Shown here: positions 15,401 through 30,400 of the stretch, in pieces
Position numbering within the stretch: the first letter of the stretch is position 1
Layout of the letters: each line of letters opens with the position of its first letter
Origin: an uncultured Methanosarcinales archaeon
GTDB taxonomy: Archaea > Nanobdellota > Nanobdellia > Woesearchaeales > JACPBV01
Assembly: GCA_964618315.1 (NCBI GenBank)
Contig: CAZTWQ010000005.1
Span: forward strand, 1-63,638
Length of the DNA stretch: 63,638 nt
Direction: 5' to 3'
Notes under the pieces: model-generated
The model's database searches: none
What the model was told of the DNA's origin: nothing
What the model saw: the letters and a program-made list of their open reading frames with translations, nothing else
Translations under genes and position numbers: made by a program

Positions 15401-18400
15401 TGCTGCAGGTGGTGGTGGTGGCTCATATAATAATGGAACTAATCAGAACAATACTGTAGGGGTAATTTTAGAAAGTGGATATGTAAGCATAAAAATAGAA
15501 TCCGCTAAAACAGGCAAAGTTTCAACAACTACTGGAGCAACACCATTCTACACAAATGTAACTAATCCATACAATGTAACCCTAGATGAAGACCAATATA
15601 GTTTAATAACATGGTATGTAAATGCAACAGGTAATGTAGAAACCACCCATGAATTCTTTGTATATGCAAACAGAACAGCTAATATGTCAGTTAGTAATAT
15701 AACGTCTAAATGGAATGTTACAATTATTGAACTAGACATTTATCCACCTACATGGTACAATAACAAAACTAATTTAACATCCACTACAACAATTGGAAGT
15801 GAAATTTACTTTAATATAACGGTAAATGACACATACCCAGAGAAATATATCTTTAGCTTCTATAACGGAAGCGTTTGGATGAATGATACAGCAGCTTCCT
15901 ATATAAGCGGTCAAGAACTATCTGTTATTAAATCAATAAATTCAAACCCAATCCGTTGGAAATGGTACTTTAATGATACTGAAGGTAATTTAAATCAGAC
16001 AGATGAATGGGCTGTAATCCTTGCCTCTTCTATTGGTATATCTTTAATATCTCCAAGTGGAAATATGAATGCTACACAGAATAGAACTTTCAATGTTACT
16101 GTTAATGTAAGTTGCACAAGCAGTGTTCCTTGCGGAGAGATAAATGTTACTCTGGATCCTGCTGCAGTTGGCACTGTTTATAATTTTACAAGCTGTGGGG
16201 CAACAGGAAGATATGGGCCTTCACAAGCTAATTGTACTGCTAATTATAGTGGAACAACGTTAGAAAATTTAGTAACTGTTGGTGGAGGAATACAAAATTG
16301 GACAGTACCTTCAACTGGAACTTATAGGATTACAGTAGCAGGTGCTAAAGGTGGTGGCAATAACAATGCTGGTAATGGTTCAATAGTACGTGGGGATTTC
16401 TCATTGATAGAGGGGCAGATATTGAAAATCTTAGTTGGACAACAAGGAGGTTATGAAGTGTCTGGTAGTGGTGGTGGTGGAACTTTTGTAGTCAATGTAT
16501 CTAATGACCCTATAATTATCGGAGGGGGAGGGGGGGGACAATATAATACAGTATCAATATTGCTTAATGCGCAGGGGAGGACAGAAACTTCTGGTGGAAA
16601 TACTGTTAGTCGTACTGGTGGAATAAACGGTTTAGGTGGTAGTGGAGGTACTTGTGCTGGTGGTGGCGGACTTATTGGTAATGGTGGGACAGCTTCTTAT
16701 GGTACCCCTGGACTTTCATTTATAAATGGTGGAGTTGGTGGAGATCATTCATCTTATGCTCAATGCATTGGTGGATTTGGTGGTGGCGCTGGTACACATG
16801 GAAATACTGGTGGTGGCGCTGGCGCTGGCGGTTACTCTGGAGGAGCAGGAAGTGATCAATCAACGTCAGATGCTGGTGGTGGTGGTGGTTCTTATATTAG
16901 CGTTGAAGCAACAAATGTTGTAACTTCTGATGGTATGTTTAATGGTTCATCTACATTTAATTCTATAGCTATCACTAATTTAAGTTCTAGGAATCCAAAT
17001 CATGGGTATGTTACCTTTGAAGTTATAAGTACAGAAGGTAAAAGTGGAGTAATCTCAACACTTACCAATGAGACACCATTCTGGACAAATATGACTAGTA
17101 ATCCATATAACATATCATTAAGCAGTGGAGAAAGTCAAATTGTTACATTCTGGGTAAATGCAACTGGTGGGGTGGATGTTACTCATAACTTCTATGTTTA
17201 TGCAAACCAGACATCTCAAATGTCAACATCCAACCAAACAACGAAATGGAATGTTACAATTATTGAGCCAGACACTTCAGGTCCAGCATGGTCAAATAAT
17301 AAAACAAATCTTAATTTATCAACAACTCTTGGAAGTACAGTTTACTTTAATATAACTGTATCTGATGCAAATCCTGATAAATATATATTTAGTTTCTATA
17401 ATGGTAGTGTTTGGTCGAATGATACATCAATTTCTTACACAAGTGGACAAGAACTATCTACTAATAGGTCAATAAATTCAAGTCCTATTAATTGGAAGTG
17501 GTATTTTAATGATACCGAAGGTAATGTAAACCAAACTGATGAATGGACTGTAAGTTTATCTTCTGATGTGGGCATTACTTTGATATACCCTACCTCAGAT
17601 ATAAACATCACTCAAAAGAAGGTTTTTAATTTCACTGTACTTGTTAATTGTACTGGCCAGGTAAACTGCGGAGAGATTAATGTTACTCTTGATAGTGAAA
17701 ATTCATTTATCTTGGATAACTTTGATACAGGGGAATTGGCGGGCGATTATTGGACTACTTCTAGTAGTACTGAAAATGGAAATATTACTGTAAGAACAGA
17801 GGTTGCAAATTCAGGAAGTTATTCAGTTATAGCTGACGTCAATGATGATGCAGGAGCTAACTTAAACCAATTGATAACAAATTATGACTTTTCAGGAAAT
17901 CATTATATATATTTAGATTTCTATTGGAGAGAAACAACTAATGACGAGACTCAACATACAGGATCAGACCATTCTGGAACTCAAAATGCAGATGCTGTTT
18001 ATTATACTTGTAATGGAACTTATTGGTATCACTTAGCAAGTGCGCCAGCTAGCTTTACTTCCTGGGAATATAAGGCAATTAATATAACTGCAGACTCTGA
18101 TTTCTGTAATACTACTACATCAAACTTTAAGATAAAATTCACCCAATATGATAATCTCGCATGGCCTGGTGATGGAATTGCATGGGACGATATTAATATT
18201 ACTTATAGTTCTGGAGGGGGAGGAATAATTTCAACAAATAGTAATGCATCACCTTTCTGGACTAATGTTTCAAATCCATATAGTATTACTTTGAATAAAG
18301 GAGAAAGCCAATTTGTTACATTCTGGGTAAATGCGACAGGAGCTGCCAATGAAACATTTAAGTTCTTTGCATCTGTTAATAGGACAGGTTTAATGTCAGA

Positions 18401-21400
18401 TTCTAATGTGACTGGCCAGATAAATGTTACAATTAAAGCTGCAGACTTTACTGCACCAACTTGGTCGAATAATAAAACGAATATTTCAAACAACTTTTCT
18501 ATTGGGGATACTGCTTACTTTAATATAACTTTGAGTGAACAAAACCCAGACAAATATATATTTAGTTTCTATAATGGAACTGATTGGGTAAATGATGCTC
18601 CTGCAAATTATACGACTGGTCAAGAGATTGAAGTAACTAAAATAATAAATTCAAGCCCAATACGTTGGAAATGGTATATTAATGATACTTCTGGAAACTT
18701 AAATACAACTGATGAATGGAGTGTTGTTTTGGATTCTGCAATAGGTATATCTCTTGTATATCCTAACGGAAATATGAATGCTACACAATACAATTTCTTT
18801 AATGTAACAGTTAATGTTAGCTGTACTGGTGCACTGCCTTGTAGGGAGATTAATGTTAGTTTAGATCCAGCCTCTTCAGACTGGGAAGTTATTATGTTTG
18901 ATGATTTTGAAGATGAAACTCAATGTTCAAATACTTGCGGGGTTACCTGTGCGCTTACAACTGGCAATTGGACTAATGTTGCAGGAGGTAATTGGGTCGT
19001 AGATGCAGGGGGTACTTCTTCTACCAGTACTGGTCCAACTTTAGACCATACACTGGGAACAACTTCAGGAAAATATCTCTATACTGAAGCTTCAAATCCT
19101 TGTTATAAAAATTATTCAATAATAAGTGCAGAAATTGATACTAGCCAATATGGTTTAATAAATTTAACTTTCTGGTATCACATGTATGGTTCAGCAATGG
19201 GTTCATTACATGTGGATGTTAATGAATCTGGTTCTTGGGTAATTGATGTGTGGAACATTTCAGGTCAACAACATACAGGATATACAGATAATTGGGATCA
19301 AGCTTCAGTTGATCTTTCATCTTATTCAGGAATGATCCATGTAAGAATAAGGGGGCTTACTTCTTCATCTACTTATGCCAGTGATATGGCTATAGATGAT
19401 ATAAATATTAATGGAACATCAGCGACCAGTGTAGGAAAAGGTGGTTTAATAAACACGACAGCAGGAGCAACACCATTCTACACAAACATGTCTACTAATC
19501 CTTATAATATCTCTTTACTTAGTGGAGAATCTCAATTAGTAACATTCTATGTTAATGCAACTGGAGATGGGAATAATAATTATACTTTCTTTGTGTATGC
19601 AAACCAAACTTCACAAATGTCAACTTCAAATATAACTGCTACATGGAATGTTACAATTAAAGATCTTACCATACCCACAATAAATTTGGTTTCACCAACA
19701 TTAGCAAACGGAACTTATTCACAAAACTTTATTGAGGTTAACGTCACATCAACTGATTCTCATCTGTCAACTATAGTTAATTATATGTACAATTCAACAG
19801 GGGGATTAGTTAGCTCTGAAAGTGGGACTTCTTCACCACATTATAAGAATTTCTCTAGTTTAAGTGATGGTGTATATTATGTTAATGCTAGCGCTACTGA
19901 TTCTGCAAGCAATGTAAATTCAACAGAAACAAGAAAGATAACATTAGACACTACACCTCCAAAAATAAGTTATTTATCTATAACACCTGTAAATGACACA
20001 AGACAGTCAGAACCTTATTTCGAGATAAATGTCTCAATAACAGAATCTTCCTTAAAAGAGGTAATATACGAATGGAACAACACTAATTACACTATGTATA
20101 ACTCTTCTTTGATCTTGATGTTTAACTTGGATAATGTTTCTTCTTTAGGTGAGAATAATACTTATGTTGTTGATATGAGTAAAAATGGAAATAATGGTAC
20201 AGCTTATAATGGAACAATTATAAATTCAACAGGCAGATATAGTGGTGGTGCACATTTTGATGGAGTTGATGATTATATCGACATAGGTTCAATTAATTTA
20301 TCGACTGACTTTAGTGTTGGTTTCTGGATGAAAGGCTATAAACTTTATGATTATGGTGATCCCTTGGGTTCTGAAAAAAGAATTAGCTTTGTCACTTATG
20401 CAGATGGTCACATGAACTATATTGTTGGTAATGGTACATGGGGAACTCCGGTAAATACAGGAGTAGGTGCCTTAACTACAAACACCTGGTACTATGTTAT
20501 TGGAACCTACGATGGAGCAACTTCAAAGTTATACATAGATGGAGAACTTAATGGTACAGCAGAAAATTCATTAGATATTGGATTGACAAACCTAACTATT
20601 GGAGCCAGATACACTAATGGGTCTATTTGGTATCCATTCAATGGTTCAATAGACGAAGTAAGAGTTTGGAACAGAAGTTTAAGTGCTGCTGAAGTCTACC
20701 AACAGTATGCAAGTAATTTGAATAAGTTCAATAGTTCACAATGGTACTTGTATGTTAATCAATCGTTGAATGCTACTGATACATTACTAGAGGGAAATTA
20801 TACTTACAATGCTTTTGCATCTGATACTATTTCTAATTGGAATAATTCAATAGAAAGAAGTATAATAATAGACTGGACACAAGCAACATTCACTAATTTC
20901 TCAAATCAAACATTTGAGCATTATGCTGGAGTAAGTTATGATATAAATGCAACTGATGAAAATAGCATAAACTGCTTTACTGTTAATGATACTGCAAGAT
21001 TTAGTATAAATTGTTCAGGATATCTTCAAAATAATACAGAATTAGGCAATGGATTATATTGGTTGAATATAACTGTCAATGATACGGCAAATAATAAATT
21101 TTCAGATTATATGTGGGTTAATATTACGGATACAACACCCCCTGTATTTACGAGCATAGGAAATGCTACACATGAATATGGAGACCAGTTTAGTTATAAT
21201 ATAAATGCAACTGATTCAAACAATATTAGCTGCGTTACTGTCAATGATACTACAAACTTTAAGATAAACTGTTCGGGATATCTTGAGAATAATACTTACT
21301 TAAGTGTTGATTTATATTGGCTTAACATTACAATTAATGATACAGTTGGAAATGTAAATTCAAGCATAATGGTTGTAAATGTTTCTGATACAACTAACCC

Positions 21401-24400
21401 TACAATAAACATAACTTACCCCATTAATAATACATACACAAATGATACCGGAATACACATAAACTACATTGCTTCTGATCTAAATCTAGATTCTTGTTGG
21501 TATAGCAACGATACTATGGGGGTTAACACCACCCTTGTAAGTTGTGCAAACATAACAACAGTAACATGGACAGAATCACCCCATAATATTACTGTTTGGG
21601 TAAATGATACTTATGGAAACATAAATAGTTCAACTATTGCCTTTACTGTTGATTTAACTGCACCAACATTCATAAACTTCACTAATCAAACAACCTTTGA
21701 AGAAGATACATTTATCTATGATATAAATGCATCAGACACAAGTCCATTAAGCTGCTTTACAGTTAATGACACAACAAACTTCAAGATAAACTGCACTGGT
21801 TATTTGGAAAATAATACTTACTTTAATCAAAGCAAAGTAGCTTTATATTGGCTTAACATTACAGTAAATGACTCTGCAGGAAACGAAAGATCAAACCTAA
21901 TGTGGGTAAATGTAACAGACAAAGGAAGAATTGGTTTGGAGTTGATAACTCCAACTGGAGATATTAATGCTACTCGAAATGCTTTATTCCAGGTTACTGT
22001 AAATGTAAGTTGTGTAGATAATGATTGTGGTGAAGTTAATGTTACATTGGATCCTGATGATACAATAGTATATAATTTCACAACATGCGGAGCAACAGAG
22101 AGACTAGGACCTTCAGAATCAGATTGTAATACTGATTACACAGACACAACCTTAGAGGGGCTTGTGAATGTTACTAGTGGAATCCAAAATTGGACTGTTC
22201 CAACTACAGGAACATATACAATTGAAGTTGCTGGTGCTAAGGGGGGGTGTGCTGGGGGGGCAGATGGTGCTAGGATGATTGGAGAGTTTGAATTAGTTAT
22301 GGGTGAAGTTTTACAAATTTTAGTTGGGCAAGAAGGGGGTTGTACTAGTTATGGTGGTGGTGGTGGTGGTACTTTTGTTGCTAATGGTTCTAATTATCCT
22401 GTTGCTGATCCTTTAATAGTTGCTGGTGGTGGTGGTGGAATGTCAAGTAGTGGAAGTGTAGCTCTTGGAGGTGTAGTTGGAATAAATGGAACTGATGGGC
22501 AAGATAAAGTTGGTAATAAGGGGGTAAATGGTTATGGGGGGCTTACAGGAGGATCTACTTATAGTGGGGCTGGAGGAGGAGGTTTTTATGGTGATGGGAC
22601 CTCTAGTAGTTATGGTGTAAAAGGAGATGGTTTTAGAAATGGGGGCACTGGAGGAACTTCTTCAGGATATGGTGTTGGAGGTTTTGGGGGCGGTGGTGGA
22701 AATGGATATTTCGGTGGTGGAGCAGCAGGAGGTTATTCTGGTGGTGGGGGTGGATATACTGATGGAGATGGTGGTGGGGGCGGAGGCTCTTATAATAACG
22801 GAACAAATCAGGACAATACTGCAGGAGTAATCTCAGGGGACGGATATGTAATCATAACCTATACTGAATTAGGTAAAGGAGGAACAGTCTCAACAGTTAG
22901 TGGAACAACACCATTCTGGACAAACACTACAAATCCATACAACATCTCACTAAACCAAGGTCAATCAGCACAAATAACTTGGTATGTAAACACAACTGGA
23001 ACCATAAACAACACTCATGAGTTCTTTGTATATGCAAACAGAACTTCAGATATGGGGATAAGTAATATTACACAAAAATGGAATGTGACCATCCAAAATG
23101 GAACTGAATTAATCCCACCAACCTTCACAGTAATCGCTAATCAAACAATAGAATATCTAGATGCATTAGGGTATGATATTGATGCAACTGATAGTACGGC
23201 AGTAGACTGCTTTACAGTAAACAACACAAACTTCACGATTAATTGTTCTGGTTACCTAGCAAATAATACTTTATTGAATGTCGGATTATACTGGCTTAAC
23301 ATTACTGTTAATGACACATTAGGAAATGAAAACTCCAATTTGATGTGGGTAAACGTCACAAATACTTCCATTCCAACTTTCACAGTAATTGCTAATCAAA
23401 CAATAGATTATGGTGTCGCTCTAAATTATGATATTAATGCAACCGATATTTCAAGTATAAGCTGCTTTACAGTAAATGATACAAATTTCAAAATAAATTG
23501 TACAGGGGGTCTAGAAAATAATACTTTATTAAATATCAATACATACTGGCTGAACATAACTGTTAATGATACTTTAGGAAATGAAAACTATAATCTGATG
23601 TTTGTGAATGTTACTCAAGATAGTGTTCTGCCTGGAGTCAATATAACTTATCCTTTGAATGGTACAGAATTTAATTGGACAACTACTTCAGTATATTTGA
23701 ATGTTACTACAACAGAAAATACAACTTGTTTCTATAGTACCGATTCTGGCCAGAATAATTACTCCATGACTGTAAACAATTCAGGCACTGGATTTAATGC
23801 ATCAATATCTACTTCGCCAGGAACTATATACACAGCTAATGTATATTGTAATGATACCAGTAATAATTGGAACAGGACAGAATCAGTTGTATTCTCATTA
23901 AATGTCCCTCCATCAATTGGATTAGAGATGATATATCCTACTTCTAATGTTAATGTATCTAAGAATGAATTCTTTAATGTTACTGTAAATGTAAGCTGTT
24001 CAGGAAGAGATTGTGGTGAGATAAATGTAAGCTTAGATCCAACAGTAACCACATCATTAACAGATTCCTGCTCATGCAGTTCTGCTGGATGTTCATGCAC
24101 CATAGATTTCAACCCAACAGAAACAATTACCTCTGCAACAATCTATCCTCAAGTAAGGGGTGACTTAGCTTCTTCTACCGAATATGTAACCTTAAAAGCA
24201 GATGGAACTACATTAGGAAACTGTTTAGGATCAGGAGACGACTGCTCATATGATACTTGCACTAGTTATGATGTAACATCTTACTTATCAGACAACTCAA
24301 TAACAATAACTTGCGACTCTACAACTGCAGTAAACTATGCCCCAAGCGGAGGTTGCGGTTATATGGGTTGTTATGTAAACCTAACTTATGAGTACAGTGC

Positions 24401-27400
24401 AGGAAAAGGTGGACTAATAAATACAACAGCAGGAGCAACACCTTTCTTTACAAATATAACTAACCCTTACAATTTAACCCTAAACGAAAACCAAAGCAGC
24501 CTATTAACTTGGTGGGTTAATTCAACTGGTAATCTAGACAGCACCTATGAGTTCTATATCTATGCAAATAAAACAGTTTCTGGAATACCAATAAATAATG
24601 AAACTTCTAAATGGAACGTTACAATAAAAGATTTAACTCCCCCTAAATTAAGCTTCAACTCAGATACAACTGCAAACGGTTCACATAATCTCCTAAGAAC
24701 AATAACTGTAAATGTATCCCCTTCTGATTTATATCTAGACACAACAACAATTTATATCTATAACGAATCTGCATTAATAAATTCATCAACCACCAATTAT
24801 CTGCAGCTCACTAACCTAACTTACGGAACATATTACATCAACGCCACTACAAATGACACATCCAGTAATATAAACAGCACAGTTACAAGAACAATTATAT
24901 TAAACAAGCCATCTATCTCAATATCTAGAGTTTGGCCAACAACAGATGTAAATGTTTCTCAAAATAGGTGGTTTAATGTAACTCTAAATATCACTTGTCT
25001 TGAACAGACTTGCGGAGATATAAATATAACTTTAGATCCAGTAGTAGAATGTGGAGACATTACAAACTGTGATTTTACTCAGACAGGAAATTGTAATAAT
25101 GAAGATAGTACATGCACTAATATACCTGGATGGACCTATGAAGAGATAACAGATAGTACAAGCGGATCTTATGAACAAGTTCAAGTTGCGACAAGTTCAA
25201 ATCCATTTGGAAGCAAAGGTAATTGGCTTCAATTTAAATCAACTTACACTGGATCTAGCAGCACAAGCTGGAAAGCCTATATCTTCTCAGATTCATTCAC
25301 AGCAAACGCAGATTACATAACTTATAATTTTGATGCAGAAGATTATGATGAATGGGGTTATGGCCTTATGATATATGAGGTAGGAAACGAATCAGGCAAC
25401 TATCAAAATCTAGAATCCAGATGCTCATATTCTGGAAGCTGGTCCTCATCTGATAATGTGTGGGGTGGCTGCAATGACAATAATGACTATAATCCAGCTG
25501 CAAAGATTGACAACACAGTTGCCATTAATGCTAATCTAAAGAATAAGGAAATCAGAATAAAAGTATGGACTGGAGATGGTGGGTCTGGAGATCACGGAAT
25601 AGCTTACCTTGATGACATCTGTTTATCAGATTCTGAAGGAACATGCATAAGTTCGGCAAAAGCAATAATCTCAACAATATCTGGAACAATACCATTCTGG
25701 ACAAATAAATCCTCAAATCCATACACAATAAACCTAAACAAGACCAACTCCAGCATAATTACATTTTATGTCAATGCAACTGGTACAAAAGAAAACACAT
25801 ATGAATTCTTTGCCTATGCAACAATAGCTAATGATACTTCTATCAGAAACGATACAACAAAATGGAATGTAACAATAACTGATGCAACAATCCCAATAGT
25901 ATCGTTCATTTCACCAACAACATCAAATGGAAATTATTCACAAACCCACATAGATGCAACAGTTTCAATAGATGACAACAACCCAGCTAATATCACAATA
26001 TATCTTTACAACTCAACTGCATTGGTGAATTCAACAACTTCCCCTTCAGCTCCAGAATCTTATTCAGTAAATTTCACAAACTTACCTGATGACACATACT
26101 ACTTAAATGCAACTGGCAGGGACACAGGCGATAACATAGACTCAACTGAAACAAGAACCATCAAGCTTGATACTGTCCCACCTGTAATCAATCTCTCTGC
26201 ACCTATTGACGGATTCAATACAAGTTCAACAAAACTTAATTTCACCTTTTCGGTAGAGGATAATTCAATAAGTAATTGTACATTATACAAAGATCTTGAA
26301 GGTTCTGTTGCTTATGTTGCAGTCAACTACAATTCTTCAGTATTGCCTGATGTTAATACAACATTAAATGGATCTGACTTCGCAAGCAGGCTAAATTCAT
26401 GGTATATCCAATGTGTAGATGCAGCAGGCAATACCAATACAAGCAGTATAAGGACCTTTACAGTTGATGCAACACCCCCTACAATAGTGGTTAATTCTCC
26501 AACAGTTAATGGCAGCTTCGGTTATCTTATCTATTTAAGGACAGAGATAACAGACACATTATCTTCAGTAGATTCTGCTTGGTATTATATGTACAATAAC
26601 TCAGATGCTAGCCAAAAGATAGCAAATGGCACGCTCAATAGTTCAGACAGTTGGGATTCAACATGGAACTCATCTATCTACGATAATGTAGAGTGGAATG
26701 TTACCTTCAGTATATTTGCCAATGACACATCCGGCAATCTAATAAACAAAAATATCTCATTCTACTTGGATAACTCAAATCCTGTAATCCAATTAATCGC
26801 CCCAACAGCAAATCTAAAGCACTATAACTCTAATTTCAGCCTTAACTTAGTAGTACAAGACCTTTCATTAAATTATACTTACTATAATCTAAGCAAATCA
26901 GGAACTACAGTTCAATACAACACAACAACCTATGAAACACCTATTAAAGAGCACACTTGGCAGGATCTTGTAAATGTAACACAAAACACAGAAGGCACAT
27001 ATAACCTGGTCGTTTATGGAAGAGATTCTATTGGAAATGATATAAATGTTTCAACAAACTTTATAATAGATAAGACTAGCCCTTCATTAACTATTGATTA
27101 TCCTTCAGAAAATTCATATCTCAACACAACATCGATAAACTTCAATTGGACAGCTATTGATAATATCTCAGAATCATTAGACTGTAATATCTCAGTAGCA
27201 GGCACTATAAAACAATTATATTGTACAAACAATACTGGATGTAATTATACATTCAGTGGATTCAGCGAAACAACATATGACTTTAATGTAAGCTGTAGTG
27301 ATAATGCCTCCAACAGTGTAACTACATCAAGCAACTTTACTATTGATACAACCATCCCCCTAATCTCATTTGTAGATCCAACAACTTCAGCTGGAAACCA

Positions 27401-30400
27401 ATCTCAAAATTACATTTCAATTAATGTAAGCGTTACAGAAGAAAACATAGAAAACCTTACCCTCAGATTATATAACTCCGACAAAGCTGTAATAAACACA
27501 TCTTCAACCACAAATTCCTCGTTATTCTTAAACATCACAAGTCTTGGAGAAGGAACATATTACTTTAATGCAACTGTCAATGATTCTGTAGGTTATAGAA
27601 ATAATACTGAAACAAGGGCAGTTTCACTTGATTACACATATCCGAATGCTTCAATCTCCAAAAATGATACAGCATTAGAATATGGGGAAGACTCAATCTC
27701 AATCAATTGGTCCACTGCAGATAATAATCTCAAAACTACAATATTTAATGTAACTCTTCCAGGAGGATATTTACTTACTAATTCAACAGAATCTTCTGGA
27801 AACGTAAATCTTACTGCTAGCGATCTTATAGGCCTAGGGACATACACAATAACATCATATGCTGAAGATAATGCAGGAAACATAAATATAACAAGTACAG
27901 TATTTATTGTTGACGACACCAAAGCCCCTGTAGTTTATTTCATCAATCCAGATTCTGGAAACTTCTCACGTATATGGATATTTGCAAATGCAACCTCAAA
28001 CGACACTAATCTAATCACACTAACAATAGATCTTTACAATCAAACAGATTTAGTAAATCAAAGCACCTCATCAAGCAGTTCATACGCACTTAATTTTACC
28101 TCACTACCAGATGGATTATATCATTATAATGCAACTGCATGTGACGAAACATTATGTAATTATTCAGATACTTATTCAATATACCTAGATACATTACAAC
28201 CTTCAATTGCATTTGAAGATCCAACTCCAACAGCAGAATTCATTTCAACTAACTATTTATTAGCAAACATAAGCGCTTCAGATACAAATCTAAATACTCT
28301 TGTAGTGTACTTATATAATTCTACCCCTAGTTTAATAAACTCTTCAACAAACACCTCTGCACCATTATTCTTCAACTTTACAGGCTTAGTTGATGGACTT
28401 TATTTCCTTAATGCTTCAGCCAATGACACAGCAGGAAACCTAAACTCAACAGCTACAAGAACATATTCTCTTGATTCAACAATACCTTCAATAAGCTATG
28501 CCGGAGGTACAGAAAATAATGATTCATATAAATCAAGAAACTGGATATACATAAACGTAACTGCATCTGATACAAATGAAGCAAACATAACATTCTATTT
28601 ATATAATTCAACATTAAATATGACTAATACTTCGGCAAAAGCAGCAGGAACAAGATCAATAAACTTCACATCCCTTTCAGATGGCATTTATTATTATAAT
28701 GTAACTATAGAAGATCAATTATCCAACAAAAACTCAACACAAACAAGAAACATAACCTTAGATACATCGAATCCATCCATAAATATAACCGCTCCAGAAA
28801 ACAACTCTAATTCAGCAGATGTAGAATTAAGCATAAACTACACTGTTTCAGACACTAACTTAGATTCATGCTGGTACAGCAATGATACAATGGAAACTAA
28901 TGTCACTCTTGCTAACTGCATAAACCTTACAATAATAACTTGGACAACAGGCCAACATAATATAACAATATGGGCTAATGACAGTGCAGGAAACATAAAC
29001 TCCTCAACAATAACTCTAACAATTGGAAATAGTGCTCCAACTACACCTAATGTAACTTATCCAGTAGACGGTAGAAATTATACAAACATCACAGCAATAA
29101 ACTATACATCAACAGATGCAAATTCAGATACAACTACATATCAGATTTACATTAACGGAACATTAAACATCTCAACAACAACCAATGTAACAGATTGGAA
29201 CGCTTCTGATGGCTTCTACAATCTAACAGTATCAGCAACTGATGGAGTAGAATCAAGCGCAAATTCATCTGTAATATATTTCAGAATAGACACCACACCA
29301 CCGTCATTCTCAAACAATCAAACAAATGCATCATTGATGAGAATAAACGGTAACTCAACATTCAATATAACTTTAACAGACAACGGTGCTGGGCTCTCTT
29401 ATTATATATTCTCATGGAACGGTACAGGAGAAGGCTGGCTCAACACAACAAACGGAACTATATTAGGAAATAGTATTAACCTGTTTATTAACAAATCAAC
29501 TAACTTAACTCAAGGAAACACCATTGGCTACAGGTGGTATGCTAATGATAGCTTAGATCAATTGAACTCTAGCTTATTAAGAACATTCACAGTAGCCAAT
29601 ACACCTCCAGCCACTCCAACCACCTCATACCCAATAAACAGCAAAAACTACTCAGACATACCTTACATAAACTATTCAAGCACAGATGCAGACTCAGACT
29701 CAATAACTTATCACATATACATAAACAATACTATAAATGTAACAGGAATAAGCACAAATGTAACAGACTGGAACGCTAGTGATGGTTATTACAACATAAC
29801 TGTAACAGCAGATGACGGAATAGATAACTCATCAAATTCATCTCCAGTATTATTCAGACTAGACACCACACCACCGTCATTCTCAAACAATCAAACAAAT
29901 GCAACATTGATGAGAATAAACGGAAACGCAACTTTCAACATAACCCTTACTGACTCTGGAAGTGGTTTAAGCTATTATATATTCAGCTGGAACGGAACAG
30001 GGACATGGAATAACTTAACAAATGCAACAATAAGTGGAACTTCAACAACATTATCAATAAATAAATCCACTAATCTATCTCAAGGAAATACCATTGGTTA
30101 TAGATGGTACGCTAATGACTCATTAAATCAATGGAACTCTAGTCTAATCAGGACATTCACAGTAGCCAATACCGCACCAACTACCCCTACAATATATTAC
30201 CCAATAAACAGTAAAAACTACTCAGACATACCTTACATCAATTACAGTTCAACAGATTTAGATTTAGATACAATAACATATCAAATCTACATAAACAACA
30301 CACTAAACGCCTCCTTAACAACAAATCTAACAGACTGGAACGCTAGTGACGGCTATTACAACTTAACTATAACAGCCAACGACGGAACATATTCAAGCTC

